A stretch of DNA of 64,000 nt from Candidatus Kaiserbacteria bacterium (GCA_026396675.1 JAPLWI010000014.1:376-64375); one strand, 5' to 3'; positions 27,303-37,360 are shown, counted from the first letter of the stretch. Notes: generated from the sequence alone by a model not told the origin. Program-made: numbers and translations.

Positions 27303-28328
27303 ATGTCTTTCTTTTCTCCAAAACTCGGCATTGACCTAGGGACAACAAATATCCTTGTGTTCGTGCCCGGCAAGGGTGTTGTAATAAATGAGCCGTCAGT
27401 TGTTGCGGTAAGCAAAACGCGCGGTGCCCATGGCGGCAATAAGATCCTAGCCATCGGTGCGGAGGCGAAGAAAATGATTGGCCGTACTCCAGACGATATC
27501 ATCGCATATCGTCCGATGAAAGACGGTGTTATCGCTGACTATCGTATTACCGAAGCGATGCTCCATTATTTTATGAAGAAAGCGCTCGGTCATAATCCTT
27601 TTAAGCCAACAGTACTTATTTCAGTTCCAGCCGGCGTTACTTCAACAGAGAAGCGCGCTGTCATCGAAGCGGCGCTGAAGGCCGGCGCGAAAAATGCGTT
27701 CGTTGTGAAAGAACCGATACTTGCCGCAATCGGTGCAGGCATTCCTATTCACGAACCAATGGGGCGTATGGTTGCTGATATCGGTGGCGGTACAATTGAT
27801 GTAGCGGTGATATCTCTCGGTGGTATCGTTGCTTCAACATCAGTAAAGTGCGCGGGTGATCGTCTTGATCGCGCGGTCATTGATCACATAAAAAAACAGC
27901 ATAATCTTGCTATCGGTGACAAGACCGCAGAGGAATTAAAAATAAGAATCGGCGCGGCCGTGCCGATGAATGAAGAACTTTCAATGCCAGTCAAAGGACG
28001 AGATCTTTTATCCGGTCTTCCACGTACTGTTGATCTCTCGACAAATGATATGGTACAGGCAATGACGCGCGAATTGCGCGAAATGACACAAGCGATTCGC
28101 AAAGTGTTACAAGATACGCCGCCAGAACTTGCTGCCGACATTATTGATAACGGCATCATTCTCACAGGCGGCTCCTCACAGCTGCGTCAGATGACAGAGC
28201 TAGTGCATCGCCGTACTGGCGTTATCGCGAAACTTGCGCAAGACCCATATTATTGCGTTGCGCGCGGCACCGGCATCGCACTGAAGCATTTGGATACCTA
28301 TCAGAAAAGAATTTTAGCGAAACAATGA
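27303..28328 (+). CDS. mreB: MreB-like actin homolog (copy 1)
   Basis: GIDLGTTN, EPSVVA, PMKDGVIADY, DIGGGT and LTGG. Confidence 0.93.
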   Translation: MSFFSPKLGIDLGTTNILVFVPGKGVVINEPSVVAVSKTRGAHGGNKILAIGAEAKKMIGRTPDDIIAYRPMKDGVIADYRITEAMLHYFMKKALGHNPFKPTVLISVPAGVTSTEKRAVIEAALKAGAKNAFVVKEPILAAIGAGIPIHEPMGRMVADIGGGTIDVAVISLGGIVASTSVKCAGDRLDRAVIDHIKKQHNLAIGDKTAEELKIRIGAAVPMNEELSMPVKGRDLLSGLPRTVDLSTNDMVQAMTRELREMTQAIRKVLQDTPPELAADIIDNGIILTGGSSQLRQMTELVHRRTGVIAKLAQDPYYCVARGTGIALKHLDTYQKRILAKQ

Positions 28329-29092
28329 TAACATCCCTCGACAAAACTCGGAACCTTCGGCATCATGCGTTTGTAATAGAGGCAGAAGCGGAGGAGGGGA
28401 TTGAAGTAGCGCAGAGGTGGGCGAGTGAAGAGCTCGGAATTAGTGCAAAAAATAATCCTGACATTGTCGTGTTGCGTTACGGGCTTTTCTCGGTTGCCGA
28501 CGCCCGACGTGTCCTAGAGACCGCCGCAAGCGCGCCATTCGCTGGCGAGAATAAAGTACTTATCATCGCTGCGAGCCGCGCATATCACGAGGCGCAGAAT
28601 GCACTCCTAAAACTTTTTGAAGAACCACCGCGGAACACATTTATTTTTTTCATATTACCATCGCTTGGTGGGCTACTGCCGACCTTACGTTCGCGCGTTC
28701 AAATTTTTGATGTTAAGGGTTTCGGAAACCCATCATCAGATGATGGGTTTCCGAAACCCATCATTTCAGAAGCAGCGATGGAGTTTATGAAGGCGAGCAA
28801 AGAAAAACGCAGTGCGATAATTAAGAAGCTCACAAGCGGGAGAGACGAAGAAGAAAAACGCGAACTGCGCGATGAGGCGATCGCGATTCTGAACGGCGTT
28901 GAAGCGATTGCATATAAAAAATACGGGTCTACGAGACCCGTAATTTCTGAACTTCTGTCGGACATTCAGATTCTGCGCGGGTATCTCTATGACCGTTCGG
29001 CGCCTGTGAAAATGATTCTCGAACATCTTTCACTCGTTATTCCCGCCTCGCCGAAGACGGCGAGTCGAGGCGGGCTAAAGGATTTGCTATAA
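28325..29092 (+). CDS. holB: DNA polymerase III delta-prime-like protein (reduced)
   Basis: NPD, EAQNALLKLFEEPP and LLPTLRSR. Confidence 0.75.
   Translation: MITSLDKTRNLRHHAFVIEAEAEEGIEVAQRWASEELGISAKNNPDIVVLRYGLFSVADARRVLETAASAPFAGENKVLIIAASRAYHEAQNALLKLFEEPPRNTFIFFILPSLGGLLPTLRSRVQIFDVKGFGNPSSDDGFPKPIISEAAMEFMKASKEKRSAIIKKLTSGRDEEEKRELRDEAIAILNGVEAIAYKKYGSTRPVISELLSDIQILRGYLYDRSAPVKMILEHLSLVIPASPKTASRGGLKDLL
28717..28759. repeat. Palindromic element family A, copy 3 (in frame in holB)
   Basis: GGGTTTCGGAAACCCATCATC-a-GATGATGGGTTTCCGAAACCC, encoding KGFGNPSSDDGFPKP. Confidence 0.9.
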
Positions 29093-29099
29093 TTTACGC

Positions 29100-29651
29100 A
29101 TGGCATACGATTTTTCAAAATTAAAAGCGAATATTAAAGAGACCGAAGAATGGCTCGCACGTGAACTTTCAAGCGTTAGAACTGGCAGAGCAGCCCCTAC
29201 GCTTCTCGACGCAGTGAGAGCAGAGGCCTATGACACGTATACGCCGCTTCGAGAACTCGCGTCTGTGTCAGTTGAGGACGCACGCACATTGCGCATTATT
29301 CCGTGGGACATGTCGTTGATAAAAAAAATTGAGAAGGCGATTACCGAAGCGAATCTGGGAGTCGGTCTTTCAACTGACGATCAAGGATTGCGTGTTTCGT
29401 TTCCTGAATTGACTAGTGAACGGCGCACACAACTTTCAAAAATAGCGGGCGATAAGACAGAGCAGGCGAAAGTAACTTTACGCTCACATCGTACCGACGC
29501 ACTCAAAGCACTTGAAGTCGCGGAAAAGGAAGGCGGCATGGGGAAAGATGAAATTACGCGCCTGAAGGCCGAAGTTCAGAAATATATTGATGCAGGGAGC
29601 ACCACGCTCGTTGAGACACTTAAGAGAAAAGAGTCAGAAATAGCCCAGTGA
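29100..29651 (+). CDS. frr: Ribosome recycling factor
   Basis: RTGRA, IEKAI and PELTSERR. Confidence 0.95.
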   Translation: MAYDFSKLKANIKETEEWLARELSSVRTGRAAPTLLDAVRAEAYDTYTPLRELASVSVEDARTLRIIPWDMSLIKKIEKAITEANLGVGLSTDDQGLRVSFPELTSERRTQLSKIAGDKTEQAKVTLRSHRTDALKALEVAEKEGGMGKDEITRLKAEVQKYIDAGSTTLVETLKRKESEIAQ

Positions 29652-30784
29652 TGAGCATTTTGATTTTTATCGTTAGCATTGTCGTGCTTATCGTGGTGCA
29701 CGAGTTTGGGCATTTTGTTGCGGCGAAACTTTCGAAGATGCGCGTAGATGAATTCGGTCTCGGTTATCCGCCGCGTGCTGCAGTTGTCGGGAAGATAGGC
29801 AGGACAATACTTTCGCTTAACTGGCTACCTCTTGGCGGCTTCGTGAAAATTTTTGGGGAGGACCCCTCGACTGAACTCGGAGCAGGTGGAGCCGAAAGCG
29901 ACATCCCGAGCAAAGCGAGGGACTCATTTTCTTCGAAAACTCGTTTGGCACAAGCGATTGTACTTATTGCAGGCATCGCAATGAATCTACTCTTCGCGTT
30001 TGTTCTCATTACTAGTGCGCTTATCGCGGGAACACCACGCGCACTTTCAGAAAATGAAATCGTTGGAGCTCGTAACACAGAACTCGCGATAGCGAGCGTT
30101 CTCCCTGGCACGCCAGCTGCGCGTGCCGGACTTATACCTGGCGACATTATTCTTTCTGCAGAAGACGGGCACTATGCATTTTCAGGAGCGAACCCTGTTG
30201 AATTCACAAAATTCGTTACCAATGGAAAAGGAAACGCGACAATTGCGCTCTCGGTGCGACACGAGAGAGGGAAGGAGGAGACGTTATTTGTGCGGCCAGT
30301 AACTGGCGTTGTCACTTCGGATCCATCACGCCCAGCTTTAGGTGTTGAAGTTGCCACAATTGGCGTTATGCCGCTCTCGTTATTTCAAGCGATACCGGAA
30401 GGAGCATCGCTTACTTGGAGTGCAATTAAACTAACTGCAACTGGTCTTTTGCATTTTTTCTCCAGCATTTTTACCTTATCAGCTGATTTTTCGCAGGTTG
30501 CGGGTCCAGTCGGTATTGTGGGCATCGTTGGCGCTGAAGCGGCGCATGGCTTCGGCAATTTGTTTTCGATTATGGCGATCATTTCCATCAATCTTGCACT
30601 CATTAATCTTATTCCTATTCCAGCGCTTGATGGAGGCCGACTTCTCTTCGTCATTATTGAAAGCATTATTCGCCGTCCGATTAAAGCGAGTATTGCACGT
30701 TCAGTCAATTCCATCGGTTTCATTTTCCTTATTCTTCTGATGTTGGTCGTCACCGCGCACGACATCTTCCGCATCGTCGGCTAG
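29648..30784 (+). CDS. rseP: Site-2 protease RseP with PDZ domain
   Basis: HEFGH, LPLGGFV, a PDZ domain and NLIPIPALDGG. Confidence 0.93.
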   Translation: MMSILIFIVSIVVLIVVHEFGHFVAAKLSKMRVDEFGLGYPPRAAVVGKIGRTILSLNWLPLGGFVKIFGEDPSTELGAGGAESDIPSKARDSFSSKTRLAQAIVLIAGIAMNLLFAFVLITSALIAGTPRALSENEIVGARNTELAIASVLPGTPAARAGLIPGDIILSAEDGHYAFSGANPVEFTKFVTNGKGNATIALSVRHERGKEETLFVRPVTGVVTSDPSRPALGVEVATIGVMPLSLFQAIPEGASLTWSAIKLTATGLLHFFSSIFTLSADFSQVAGPVGIVGIVGAEAAHGFGNLFSIMAIISINLALINLIPIPALDGGRLLFVIIESIIRRPIKASIARSVNSIGFIFLILLMLVVTAHDIFRIVG

Positions 30785-30824
30785 CCATTTTGCCTAGGGT
30801 GTGCTGGTGGCGTATACTTTCCTT

Positions 30825-32096
30825 ATGAGGCAATCACAGCTTTTCACCAAAACCCGGCGGGAGGCGCCAGCGGACGAAGTTGCTAAAAATGCACAACTAC
30901 TTGTGCGAGCCGGTTACATTCATAAAGAAATGGCAGGTGTGTATTCATATTTACCACTTGGCCTACGTACGTTGAACAATATTGTCAAAATCATTCGCGA
31001 AGAAATGAACGCCATCGGCGGGCAGGAACTCGTGATGACGGCACTCCAAGATAAAGAACTTTGGAGTCGCACCGATCGTTGGGACGATGAAAAAGTTGAT
31101 AATTGGTTCAAGACATCGTTTAAGAGTGGTGGCGAAACAGGACTCGGCATCACGCACGAAGAACCATTGACGCGTATTATGACCGAACACATTTCCTCCT
31201 ATCGTGATCTACCGGTCTATGCGTATCAATTCCAAACCAAGTTCCGTAATGAACTTCGCGCGAAGTCCGGTATTATGCGCGGGAAAGAATTTTTGATGAA
31301 GGATCTCTATTCTTTTTCTAAAGATGAAGCGGAACATAAAGCATTTTACGAAAAGGCGCGCGAAGCATATGTGAAAATATTTAATCGCGTTGGCTTAGGC
31401 GATCAAACATATGTCACTTTCGCATCAGGAGGCATTTTCAGTGAATTTTCCGAAGAATTTCAAACGGTGTCGGACGCTGGAGAAGATACTATTTATGTAG
31501 ATGAAAGCAAGAAAATTGCCATAAACAAAGAAATTTGCACTGATGAGGTAATTGCGAAATTAGGGTTGAAGAGAGAAAAGCTAATTGAAAAAAAAGCCAT
31601 TGAGGTCGGCAACATCTTCAATCTCGGCACGCGATTCTCCGAACCGCTCGGTCTTTCGTACACTGACGAAACCGGTGTTCATAAGCCGGTCGTGATGGGC
31701 AGTTATGGCCTTGGCCCGACGCGACTTATGGGTACTATCGTAGAACTTATGGCAGATAATAAAGGCCTTGTATGGCCTGAATCAGTCGCGCCATTTTCTG
31801 TGCATCTCGTGTCCCTTGGGAAAGAGGGCGACCCGTCTCGCCGAGGCGGAGCCGAGGCGGATGAGATTTCTAAGACAGCGGACACGCTTTATGACGACCT
31901 TGTAAAAGCAGGAGTTGAAGTTCTGTATGATGATCGCGACAATTCCGTCGGACAGAAATTTGCGGAGAGCGATTTGCTTGGTATTCCGAAACGCATCGTA
32001 GTCGGTAAAAAATCGGTCGAGACGGGCATTTTTGAAGTTGTTGATCGCGCGACTGGAAATGTAGTGGAAACACCGCGCGCAGAGCTTTTTGCATAG
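30825..32096 (+). CDS. proS: Proline--tRNA ligase (no editing domain)
   Basis: MRQSQLF, THEE, KFRNE, EFLMKDLYSF, IEVGNIF and GSYG. Confidence 0.95.
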   Translation: MRQSQLFTKTRREAPADEVAKNAQLLVRAGYIHKEMAGVYSYLPLGLRTLNNIVKIIREEMNAIGGQELVMTALQDKELWSRTDRWDDEKVDNWFKTSFKSGGETGLGITHEEPLTRIMTEHISSYRDLPVYAYQFQTKFRNELRAKSGIMRGKEFLMKDLYSFSKDEAEHKAFYEKAREAYVKIFNRVGLGDQTYVTFASGGIFSEFSEEFQTVSDAGEDTIYVDESKKIAINKEICTDEVIAKLGLKREKLIEKKAIEVGNIFNLGTRFSEPLGLSYTDETGVHKPVVMGSYGLGPTRLMGTIVELMADNKGLVWPESVAPFSVHLVSLGKEGDPSRRGGAEADEISKTADTLYDDLVKAGVEVLYDDRDNSVGQKFAESDLLGIPKRIVVGKKSVETGIFEVVDRATGNVVETPRAELFA

Positions 32097-32101
32097 AGCG
32101 T

Positions 32102-33154
32102 ATGGCGAAGTTTTCCAGAAATTTGTTTTTCAGTCCCGATATTGCGATTGATCTCGGAACTACAAACACTCTAGTGTATGTGCGCGGTCGCGGTGTTGTA
32201 CTTACTGAACCATCAGTAGTTGCGATTAATGACAAAACCCATCAGGTCGTTGCGGTGGGGAAGGAAGCTAAAACAATGCTCGGCAAAACTCCCTCGCACA
32301 TCCGCACGGTGCGGCCGCTTTCGCATGGCGTTATCTCCGATTTCGAAGTAACTGAGGAACTTCTCACTTATTTAATCAACAAAGCTGGGAACGGTCATTT
32401 GCGATTTTTCGGATCGCGCGTGGTTATCGGCGTGCCGACCGGCGTTACAAATGTTCAAAGCCGCGCGGTGCGTGACGCGGTAAAAAATGCCGGTGCCCGC
32501 GAGGCAATCATCCTTGAGGAACCGGTAGCAGGCGCTATAGGCGCAAAACTGCCGGTTGCTGAAGCGGTCGGCACGATGGTGCTAGACATAGGCGGCGGTA
32601 CATGTGACATATCTGTTATTGCGCTCAATGGCGTTGTTGCCTCACGGAGTTCGCATGTCGCGGGAGATCGTTTCAACGAGAATATTATTGATTTCGTACG
32701 CGGCGAATTCAAACTCGGAATTGGCGAGCGAACAGCCGAAGATGTAAAGATAGCTATAGGCGCAGTAATGCCACTTTCCGAAACGCTCTCGCGAAGCGTT
32801 CGTGGTCGCGACTATGCGACAGGACTCCCACGAGAAGTGACACTGACAGATGCACACATCCGCGAAGCACTCATTCCTTCACTGGACGCTCTTATGGACA
32901 CGATGAAAGAAGTTATTGAGGCAACGCCGTCAGAACTTCTTTCGGATGTTCTAGAACACGGCGTCACAGTGTTCGGGGGAGGTGCTCTTCTGCGCGGCTT
33001 ACCGCAAGTGTTAGCGAAGATGCTGGGTGTGCCAGTCAGAGTCGCTCAGGATCCTCTCACGGCAGTCGTACGTGGTGCCGGAATTGTGACAGAACATCCA
33101 GCGCCATATTCTGACTTTTTTATCGATGAAGAAGACATTCTTAGCGAAGCATAG
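32102..33154 (+). CDS. mreB: MreB (copy 2, in the mreBC-pbp2 operon)
   Basis: AIDLGTTNT, EPSVVA, GVISDF, DIGGGT and GGGALL. Confidence 0.92.
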   Translation: MAKFSRNLFFSPDIAIDLGTTNTLVYVRGRGVVLTEPSVVAINDKTHQVVAVGKEAKTMLGKTPSHIRTVRPLSHGVISDFEVTEELLTYLINKAGNGHLRFFGSRVVIGVPTGVTNVQSRAVRDAVKNAGAREAIILEEPVAGAIGAKLPVAEAVGTMVLDIGGGTCDISVIALNGVVASRSSHVAGDRFNENIIDFVRGEFKLGIGERTAEDVKIAIGAVMPLSETLSRSVRGRDYATGLPREVTLTDAHIREALIPSLDALMDTMKEVIEATPSELLSDVLEHGVTVFGGGALLRGLPQVLAKMLGVPVRVAQDPLTAVVRGAGIVTEHPAPYSDFFIDEEDILSEA

Positions 33155-33962
33155 ATCATTTTTCTCCCGCGAGAATTTTTCGTGGGGAGCGTACGCACTT
33201 TCATTCGCTCTTTTCGTTTTATTTCTGCGTCTTATTACCCCGAATTTTTTCCTACAATTGTTCGCACCAATATTCCATGCTTCAGATACGCTAGCGACAG
33301 AGAGTCATTCTCTCATGTCTGGTTTTAAAAATACCGAAATGCTTGCCGCAAGAAATGAACAACTCATGCAAGAGAATAATGTTCTCGCAATCGAAAATAA
33401 AACGCTAAATAAAAAAATAGCAGACATTTCAGCGCTAACCAATTCTTCAGCAACAGGAAAAAATACTTTTGAAATTCTTTCAGGCGTTGTCTCTCGTCCG
33501 CCGGAAAGTCCTTACGACACGCTTGTAATCGCTGCCGGTAAAAATGATGGTGTAACACTCGGTATGGAGGCATTTGGAGTGGGCAATGTTCCGCTTGGCG
33601 TGGTCTCGTCGGTTCTCGCCAACTTTTCTCGAGTGACGCTTTTTTCGGCTCCTGGCACTGCGACTGATGGCTGGATTGAGCACTCGAATACAATTATACC
33701 GATTACTATCCTTGGCGCCGGCGCCGGTGTCATTAGTGCCACAATTACGCGTTCAGCGGGTATTGCGGTAGGAGATACGATATTTGTTCCTGGTCCGGGG
33801 ATGCTTCCGATTGGGAAAGTTGCGCGCGTTGACAGCAATTCTTTTTCTCCTTCAGTCACTTTACGTATCACACCCGCGATAAATCTTTTTTCAACGGTGT
33901 GGATAGGATTGCGCGATACCGGCAAAACACTGTTCGTATCTGCGACTTCAACACTGCCATGA
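33126..33962 (+). CDS. mreC: Rod shape-determining protein MreC
   Basis: TM helix, coiled coil and beta domain (GKNDGV, IGKV); follows mreB. Confidence 0.8.
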   Translation: MKKTFLAKHRSFFSRENFSWGAYALSFALFVLFLRLITPNFFLQLFAPIFHASDTLATESHSLMSGFKNTEMLAARNEQLMQENNVLAIENKTLNKKIADISALTNSSATGKNTFEILSGVVSRPPESPYDTLVIAAGKNDGVTLGMEAFGVGNVPLGVVSSVLANFSRVTLFSAPGTATDGWIEHSNTIIPITILGAGAGVISATITRSAGIAVGDTIFVPGPGMLPIGKVARVDSNSFSPSVTLRITPAINLFSTVWIGLRDTGKTLFVSATSTLP

Positions 33963-34213
33963 TGCGTGGAATATTAACCATTCTTGTTTTTATTTCCGTT
34001 ATATTTTTCCCATGGCCGCTTACTGCAGTGTTTGTGCTCGTCGCTTCATTTTTTATTCCGTTTCTGCCGTTTGCTATAGGAATTTTTGCCGATACGCTTT
34101 ATTACACGTCAAAAACGGAATGGCTGCCGCTTCTAACGTTGTACGGAATGCTTACAACCTGTCTCGCACTCTTCGTGTGCAGTCGGCTTCGGGCTAGTAG
34201 TATGAGCAGATGA
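33959..34213 (+). CDS. Small membrane protein in the MreD position
   Basis: Hydrophobic 84-aa ORF coupled (ATGA) between mreC and pbp2. Confidence 0.55.
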   Translation: MMRGILTILVFISVIFFPWPLTAVFVLVASFFIPFLPFAIGIFADTLYYTSKTEWLPLLTLYGMLTTCLALFVCSRLRASSMSR

Positions 34214-35877
34214 AGTGGCGTAAGAAAAGGAGGCGAGATCCAGAGATAGCTCCAGATGAAATATTTCTTGATGCATCAAATGTTCCTGCATTTGACCGAG
34301 CAAGGTTTGAGGGACGGCTTGAAAAACCACTTTCTCAAAAAACATTTATTTCACTTGCAATTACACTCGGCGCACTTTTCCTCATACTTATCATCCGTAT
34401 CTGGGATCTTCAGGTCATAAACGGCGCTATTTTTGCCGCTGAAAGCGCGCATAATAGTTTAGAAGTTGCAACATTATTCGCCCCACGTGGAATTATTACT
34501 GATTTCCGCGGCATTATGCTCGCCGAAAATATCTCGAAAACGGATGGCAGTGTCGGACGCAAATACTCGCTTCCTTCTTTAGGTCAGATTATCGGTTATG
34601 TTTCATACCCAAAAAAAGATTCAAAAGGAATCTATTATGACACAAGCGAAACTGGTATCGCTGGTCTTGAAGCCGAATACAATTCACTCCTCGCTGGGAA
34701 GAATGGTCAATTGCTTACTGAAAAAGATGTGCTAGGAAATATTCGTTCCGAAGGCATCATCGTTCCCGCAAAAGAAGGAGGAACTCTGCGGCTCTCAATT
34801 GACGCAAATCTCGAACAGCTTTTTGCGCGCGCAATTGCGGATACCGCAAGTAGTAATAATTTCATTGCCGGCGCCGGTGTAATTCTGGATGTGCATACGG
34901 GCGCGGTACGCGCCATCGTTTCTTATCCGTCGTATGACCCGAATGTCATGGCGAACGGCGGCCCGTCGGACCGCATCGCCTCATATAACACGAATGCAGG
35001 GCATCCATTTCTTGATCATGCAGTGCAAGGTGTCTATACTCCTGGTTCCATTGTGAAGCCATTCGTCGCTTCTGGAGCGCTCACCGACGGCCTTATTACT
35101 CCGAACACTACCATTGAAGATCCAGGATTTCTATCATTGCCAGACCCGTATCATCCGGGGAAGAAATTTATTTATAAAGGATGGAAAGCGCTTGGCGCTG
35201 TTGATGTGCGGAAAGCAATCGCATGGTCTTCTGATATTTTCTTCTATACCGTCGGCGGCGGTTTCGGTTCTCAGAAAGGTCTTGGAATCGATCGTCTCGG
35301 TTATTGGTACCAACAATTCGGTCTCGGGAGCCAAACCGGTATCGATTTGCCTGGAGAAGCGAGCGGACTCATCCCGACCCCTGCATGGAAAAAGACGACA
35401 TTCAACGAGCCATGGTATCTTGGCGACACTTATTTTACCGCGATAGGACAGTATTCAGTGCAAGTAACGCCGATACAAATGGCGCGCGCGACTGCTGCCG
35501 TTGCAAACGGCGGCACGCTTCTAGTGCCGACATTGCTTGCTGACGCAACTCCGGTATCTACCATTGTGCCAGTTTCTCCTACAGCACTCGCAGTCGTGCG
35601 CGAAGGCATGCGCAAAGGTGTGACTGAAGCACTCGCCAGTGCGATTAATTTTCCTTATGTGGCGGTAGCGGCGAAAACAGGTACCGCACAAACTGGCGTA
35701 CACAACCAATATGACAATTCGTGGGTTGAAGGATTTTTCCCGTACGATAATCCACAGTATGCGTTCGCCGTCGTTCTTGAACGCGGGCCACAGGGCACGG
35801 GCGAGCAGGCGGTGAATGTGATGCAACAACTTTTTGAATCGTTGCACGCCGAGAATTCTCCGTATGTTGGGCAATGA
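34210..35877 (+). CDS. mrdA: Penicillin-binding protein 2
   Basis: APRG, SxxK (PGSIVK), SSD and KTGTAQ. Confidence 0.88.
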   Translation: MKWRKKRRRDPEIAPDEIFLDASNVPAFDRARFEGRLEKPLSQKTFISLAITLGALFLILIIRIWDLQVINGAIFAAESAHNSLEVATLFAPRGIITDFRGIMLAENISKTDGSVGRKYSLPSLGQIIGYVSYPKKDSKGIYYDTSETGIAGLEAEYNSLLAGKNGQLLTEKDVLGNIRSEGIIVPAKEGGTLRLSIDANLEQLFARAIADTASSNNFIAGAGVILDVHTGAVRAIVSYPSYDPNVMANGGPSDRIASYNTNAGHPFLDHAVQGVYTPGSIVKPFVASGALTDGLITPNTTIEDPGFLSLPDPYHPGKKFIYKGWKALGAVDVRKAIAWSSDIFFYTVGGGFGSQKGLGIDRLGYWYQQFGLGSQTGIDLPGEASGLIPTPAWKKTTFNEPWYLGDTYFTAIGQYSVQVTPIQMARATAAVANGGTLLVPTLLADATPVSTIVPVSPTALAVVREGMRKGVTEALASAINFPYVAVAAKTGTAQTGVHNQYDNSWVEGFFPYDNPQYAFAVVLERGPQGTGEQAVNVMQQLFESLHAENSPYVGQ

Positions 35878-35946
35878 ATAACACCCGACGGTGTGACGAA
35901 GCGTCACTTGCGCAATGACAGCAGTCAAGTACAATGCACGCACACT

Positions 35947-36420
35947 ATGAATGAAATACAAGAAAGCGTCGTCTCACAGGAAAAATTTGATGAGATAATA
36001 AAAGAATTGGAGCACTTGAAGACAGTGCGTCGCACTGAGATTGCCAAGAATCTCGAATATGCGCGGTCACTCGGTGACCTCTCTGAAAACGCCGAATACC
36101 AAGAAGCACGCGACCTACAAGCCGCTACCGAAGAACGCATCAAGAAACTTGAAGAGTTAGTTAAAAATACGAAGATTCTTACCGATGGGAAAAAGAAAGA
36201 CGAAGTCAGTTTCGGTTCAAAGGTTTCAATTAAGAAAGAGGGGGGTGCTGAAATCCACGAATACACAATCGTCGGCAGTGAAGAAGCCGATATGCGCGTA
36301 AAGAAACTTTCGCATGTATCGCCACTCGGCGCCGCCATGATGGGGAAGAAAAAGGGCGATACTTTTACATTTGATACTCCGATTGGTAAACAGACCTACA
36401 CAATAGAAAAAGTGGCGTAA
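35947..36420 (+). CDS. greA: Transcription elongation factor GreA
   Basis: GDLSENAEY and SPLG. Confidence 0.95.
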   Translation: MNEIQESVVSQEKFDEIIKELEHLKTVRRTEIAKNLEYARSLGDLSENAEYQEARDLQAATEERIKKLEELVKNTKILTDGKKKDEVSFGSKVSIKKEGGAEIHEYTIVGSEEADMRVKKLSHVSPLGAAMMGKKKGDTFTFDTPIGKQTYTIEKVA

Positions 36421-36451
36421 ATAAAAAGGCGGAACCGAAGTCCCGCCTTTT
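36419..36451 (-). terminator. cUUCGg terminator, copy 1 of a 33-bp repeat
   Basis: Minus strand AAAAGGCGGGAC-TTCG-GTTCCGCCTTTTT. Confidence 0.8.
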
Positions 36452-36462
36452 ATCTGCCGCCT

Positions 36463-36651
36463 CTAAGGGCTATTTCTCTTAACCAGTAGTGTTGTGACAT
36501 ACAACACAGAAGACCCGCGACTGCACAACTCAGTTTCTGCCGACAAGATAGTATGATCCGAAGGAAGTCTTTTTGTTGCCTCGTCTACTTTCTCTTGTTG
36601 TTTTTCGATGTCGCCAATGCCACCAACCAAAACAACATATCTCTTTTTCAT
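36463..36651 (-). CDS. Small orphan protein
   Basis: TTGACA at 36721-36726, a GAGG SD-like site and its own terminator. Confidence 0.55.
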   Translation of the reverse strand: MKKRYVVLVGGIGDIEKQQEKVDEATKRLPSDHTILSAETELCSRGSSVLYVTTLLVKRNSP

Positions 36652-36730
36652 TTTCCGCCTCTCTTTTATCCGTATTTAACTACGTACTATCTGCCGATAA
36701 TTTACCTGACGCCGTGCATTTGTCAACCGA

Positions 36731-36759
36731 TTGACGATGTGTATACGCGCGTATATACT
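36731..36759 (+). promoter_or_regulatory. mazEF promoter with a palindromic operator
   Basis: TTGACG-17 nt-TATACT; perfect palindrome TATACGCGCGTATA at 36742-36755. Confidence 0.75.
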
Positions 36760-36766
36760 TTTACCT

Positions 36767-37018
36767 ATGAATACAACAACAATCCAGAAGTGGGGAAACA
36801 GTTATGCCGTGCGCCTTCCAAAAGCGACGATGCGCAAATTCAATCTGCAAGCCGGTCATTCTGTAGAGATTCGTGAAGCGCCGCAGAACCGTGCATTTTC
36901 TATTATTCCTGTTCATAACCGCGCAATATCTCTTACAGAAATGATCGCTCGCATTACGAAGAGAAATTCGCATCATTCCGCTGATTGGGGCGTCGCAATA
37001 GGGAAGGAAGTATGGTAG
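36767..37018 (+). CDS. mazE: AbrB/MazE antitoxin
   Basis: IQKWGNSYAVRLPK and DWG...GKEVW. Confidence 0.92.
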   Translation: MNTTTIQKWGNSYAVRLPKATMRKFNLQAGHSVEIREAPQNRAFSIIPVHNRAISLTEMIARITKRNSHHSADWGVAIGKEVW

Positions 37019-37356
37019 CCAAGCGCGTATATGTTCCCAATCGGGGAGATGTTGTGTGGCTCGACTTTAATTCAGTTCGCGGACACGAACAGAGCGGCAG
37101 ACGCCCAGCACTAATCATCTCTTCAGAAAAATACAATGCGAAATCAGGACTCGCGCTCGTTTGTCCGATTACTTCTCACATAAAGGGATATCCATTTGAA
37201 GTCGGTTTTAAAATAAAATCTGTACAAGGCGTCATACTCGTCGACCAGATTCGCGGTATTGATTGGAAAGAACGCAATGCAGAGAAAATAGGCGGTGTTT
37301 CAGAATCGGTAATCGCAGAGGCGCAGGACTATGTGAAGAAATTGGTATTAGAATAA
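37012..37356 (+). CDS. mazF: MazF/PemK endoribonuclease toxin
   Basis: YVPNRGDVVW, GHEQSGRRPA, CPITS and DQIR. Confidence 0.93.
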   Translation: MVAKRVYVPNRGDVVWLDFNSVRGHEQSGRRPALIISSEKYNAKSGLALVCPITSHIKGYPFEVGFKIKSVQGVILVDQIRGIDWKERNAEKIGGVSESVIAEAQDYVKKLVLE

Positions 37357-37360
37357 GTGC

